Part shown: positions 31,156-32,000 of the stretch, in pieces | Layout of the letters: the number at the start of each line of letters is the position of its first letter | Position numbering within the stretch: position 1 is the first letter of the stretch | Source of the DNA: Vibrio vulnificus CMCP6 | Lineage (GTDB): Bacteria > Pseudomonadota > Gammaproteobacteria > Enterobacterales > Vibrionaceae | DNA: 32,000 nucleotides | Assembly (NCBI RefSeq): GCF_000039765.1 | Contig: NC_004459.3 | Coordinates: forward strand, 2,061,127-2,093,126 | Reading direction: 5' to 3' | Notes under the pieces: generated by a model | The model's input: only the letters and a program-made list of their open reading frames with translations | Told to the model about the DNA's origin: nothing | Databases searched by the model: none | Program-made: the position numbers and the translations under genes

Positions 31156-31896
31156 TTAGTATTTCACATTGCTATGGTATTGCGAAAGGATAGAAACAAT
31201 ATTATCCATCGTCTCTTTTGGTGGTGGGTTCACCCCTTCCAGTGGATACTCTAGACCCAACGCTTCCCATTTGTGAGCACCAAGCTTATGGTAAGGAAGC
31301 AATTCGACCTTCTCGATGTTGTCCATGTCTTTGATGAACTCGCCAAGCATATGAGCCGCTTCAGGATCATCCGTGTAACCCGGTACCACAACGTAGCGAA
31401 TCCACGTTGTTTGCCCAATCTTATGCAAGTAGCGAGCAAAATCGAGAGTACGACGGTTGGAAACGCCGATGAAATCATGATGGATTTCATCTTTCATGTG
31501 TTTGATATCGAGCATCACCAAATCGGTTGCTTCTAATACTTCGTCAACAACGTCAGTGTGCTTACGGATATAACCGTTGGTATCCAAACAAGTGTGAATA
31601 CCTTCAGCATGCGCCGCGCGGAATAGATCGCGCACGAATTCAGGTTGCAGCATCGCTTCGCCACCGGAACAAGTGATACCACCACCAGAGGCGTTCATAA
31701 AATGACGATAAGATTTCGCTTCCTTGATGATCTCTTCTACGGTGACCTCTTTACCGTCGTGCGTGTCCCATGTATCGCGGTTGTGGCAATACATACAACG
31801 CATCAGACAGCCCTGCATAAAAACAATAAAACGAATACCTGGTCCGTCAACCGTTCCGCAGGATTCAAAAGAGTGAATACGACCCGTTGTTGTCAT
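31156..31896 (-). CDS. pflA: Pyruvate formate-lyase 1-activating enzyme
   Basis: [44 protein letters not shown] (radical SAM CxxxCxxC), [17 protein letters not shown]. Confidence 0.97.
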   Translation of the reverse strand: MTTTGRIHSFESCGTVDGPGIRFIVFMQGCLMRCMYCHNRDTWDTHDGKEVTVEEIIKEAKSYRHFMNASGGGITCSGGEAMLQPEFVRDLFRAAHAEGIHTCLDTNGYIRKHTDVVDEVLEATDLVMLDIKHMKDEIHHDFIGVSNRRTLDFARYLHKIGQTTWIRYVVVPGYTDDPEAAHMLGEFIKDMDNIEKVELLPYHKLGAHKWEALGLEYPLEGVNPPPKETMDNIVSILSQYHSNVKY

Positions 31897-32000
31897 GTCT
31901 AGCTCTCAATTCTTATCAAATTTCGGCTGTTATTTTATTACAAAAACTGGGGTTAAAACAGTATACAAAACACGGGAATCAGCGTCTGAGCAAGAAAAGT

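Noticed and set aside
31906-31919. FNR-like sequence upstream of pflA (TCAATTCTTATCAA)
   Set aside because: Only one half-site is perfect and the other has two mismatches. It sits about 10 bp from the start codon, so it is too weak to call.
1-32000. Mobile element, prophage, CRISPR, defence island or novel multigene system
   Set aside because: No transposase, integrase, repeat-spacer pattern, tRNA or composition break was noticed. The gene order reads as conserved Vibrio core chromosome.

Overview
This 32 kb window looks like ordinary, densely packed core chromosome of a Vibrio species. The genus call is inferred from protein similarity recalled from memory and from gene order; no search was run. 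From left to right it holds: the 5' part of a methyl-accepting chemotaxis protein gene (minus strand, running off the left edge); hinT; three lipoprotein genes (COG3014-like, ycfL, lpoB); a thiK-like kinase gene; ycfP; ndh; then on the minus strand a GNAT acetyltransferase, csiV, mfd and a PilZ-like gene (the last three a likely operon). These are followed by lolC-lolD-lolE, a DUF2062 gene divergent from comEC, msbA-lpxK-ycaR-kdsB and a membrane GGDEF protein. The right end carries the spoVR / yeaH / prkA module, yfbU, a CbiM-like membrane protein and pflA, all minus strand. I see no mobile element, CRISPR array, prophage, rRNA or tRNA, and no convincing undescribed multigene system. The items most worth a second look are small. 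They are a terminator-like hairpin in the 5' leader of the chemotaxis receptor gene, a possible missed 42-codon CPHC-containing ORF between thiK and ycfP, and a perfect FNR-type palindrome just downstream of a predicted ndh promoter. Two more are a CbiM-like orphan permease gene that starts right after a pflA terminator-like hairpin, and a PilZ-like protein with degenerate ligand motifs in an apparent operon with mfd and csiV.
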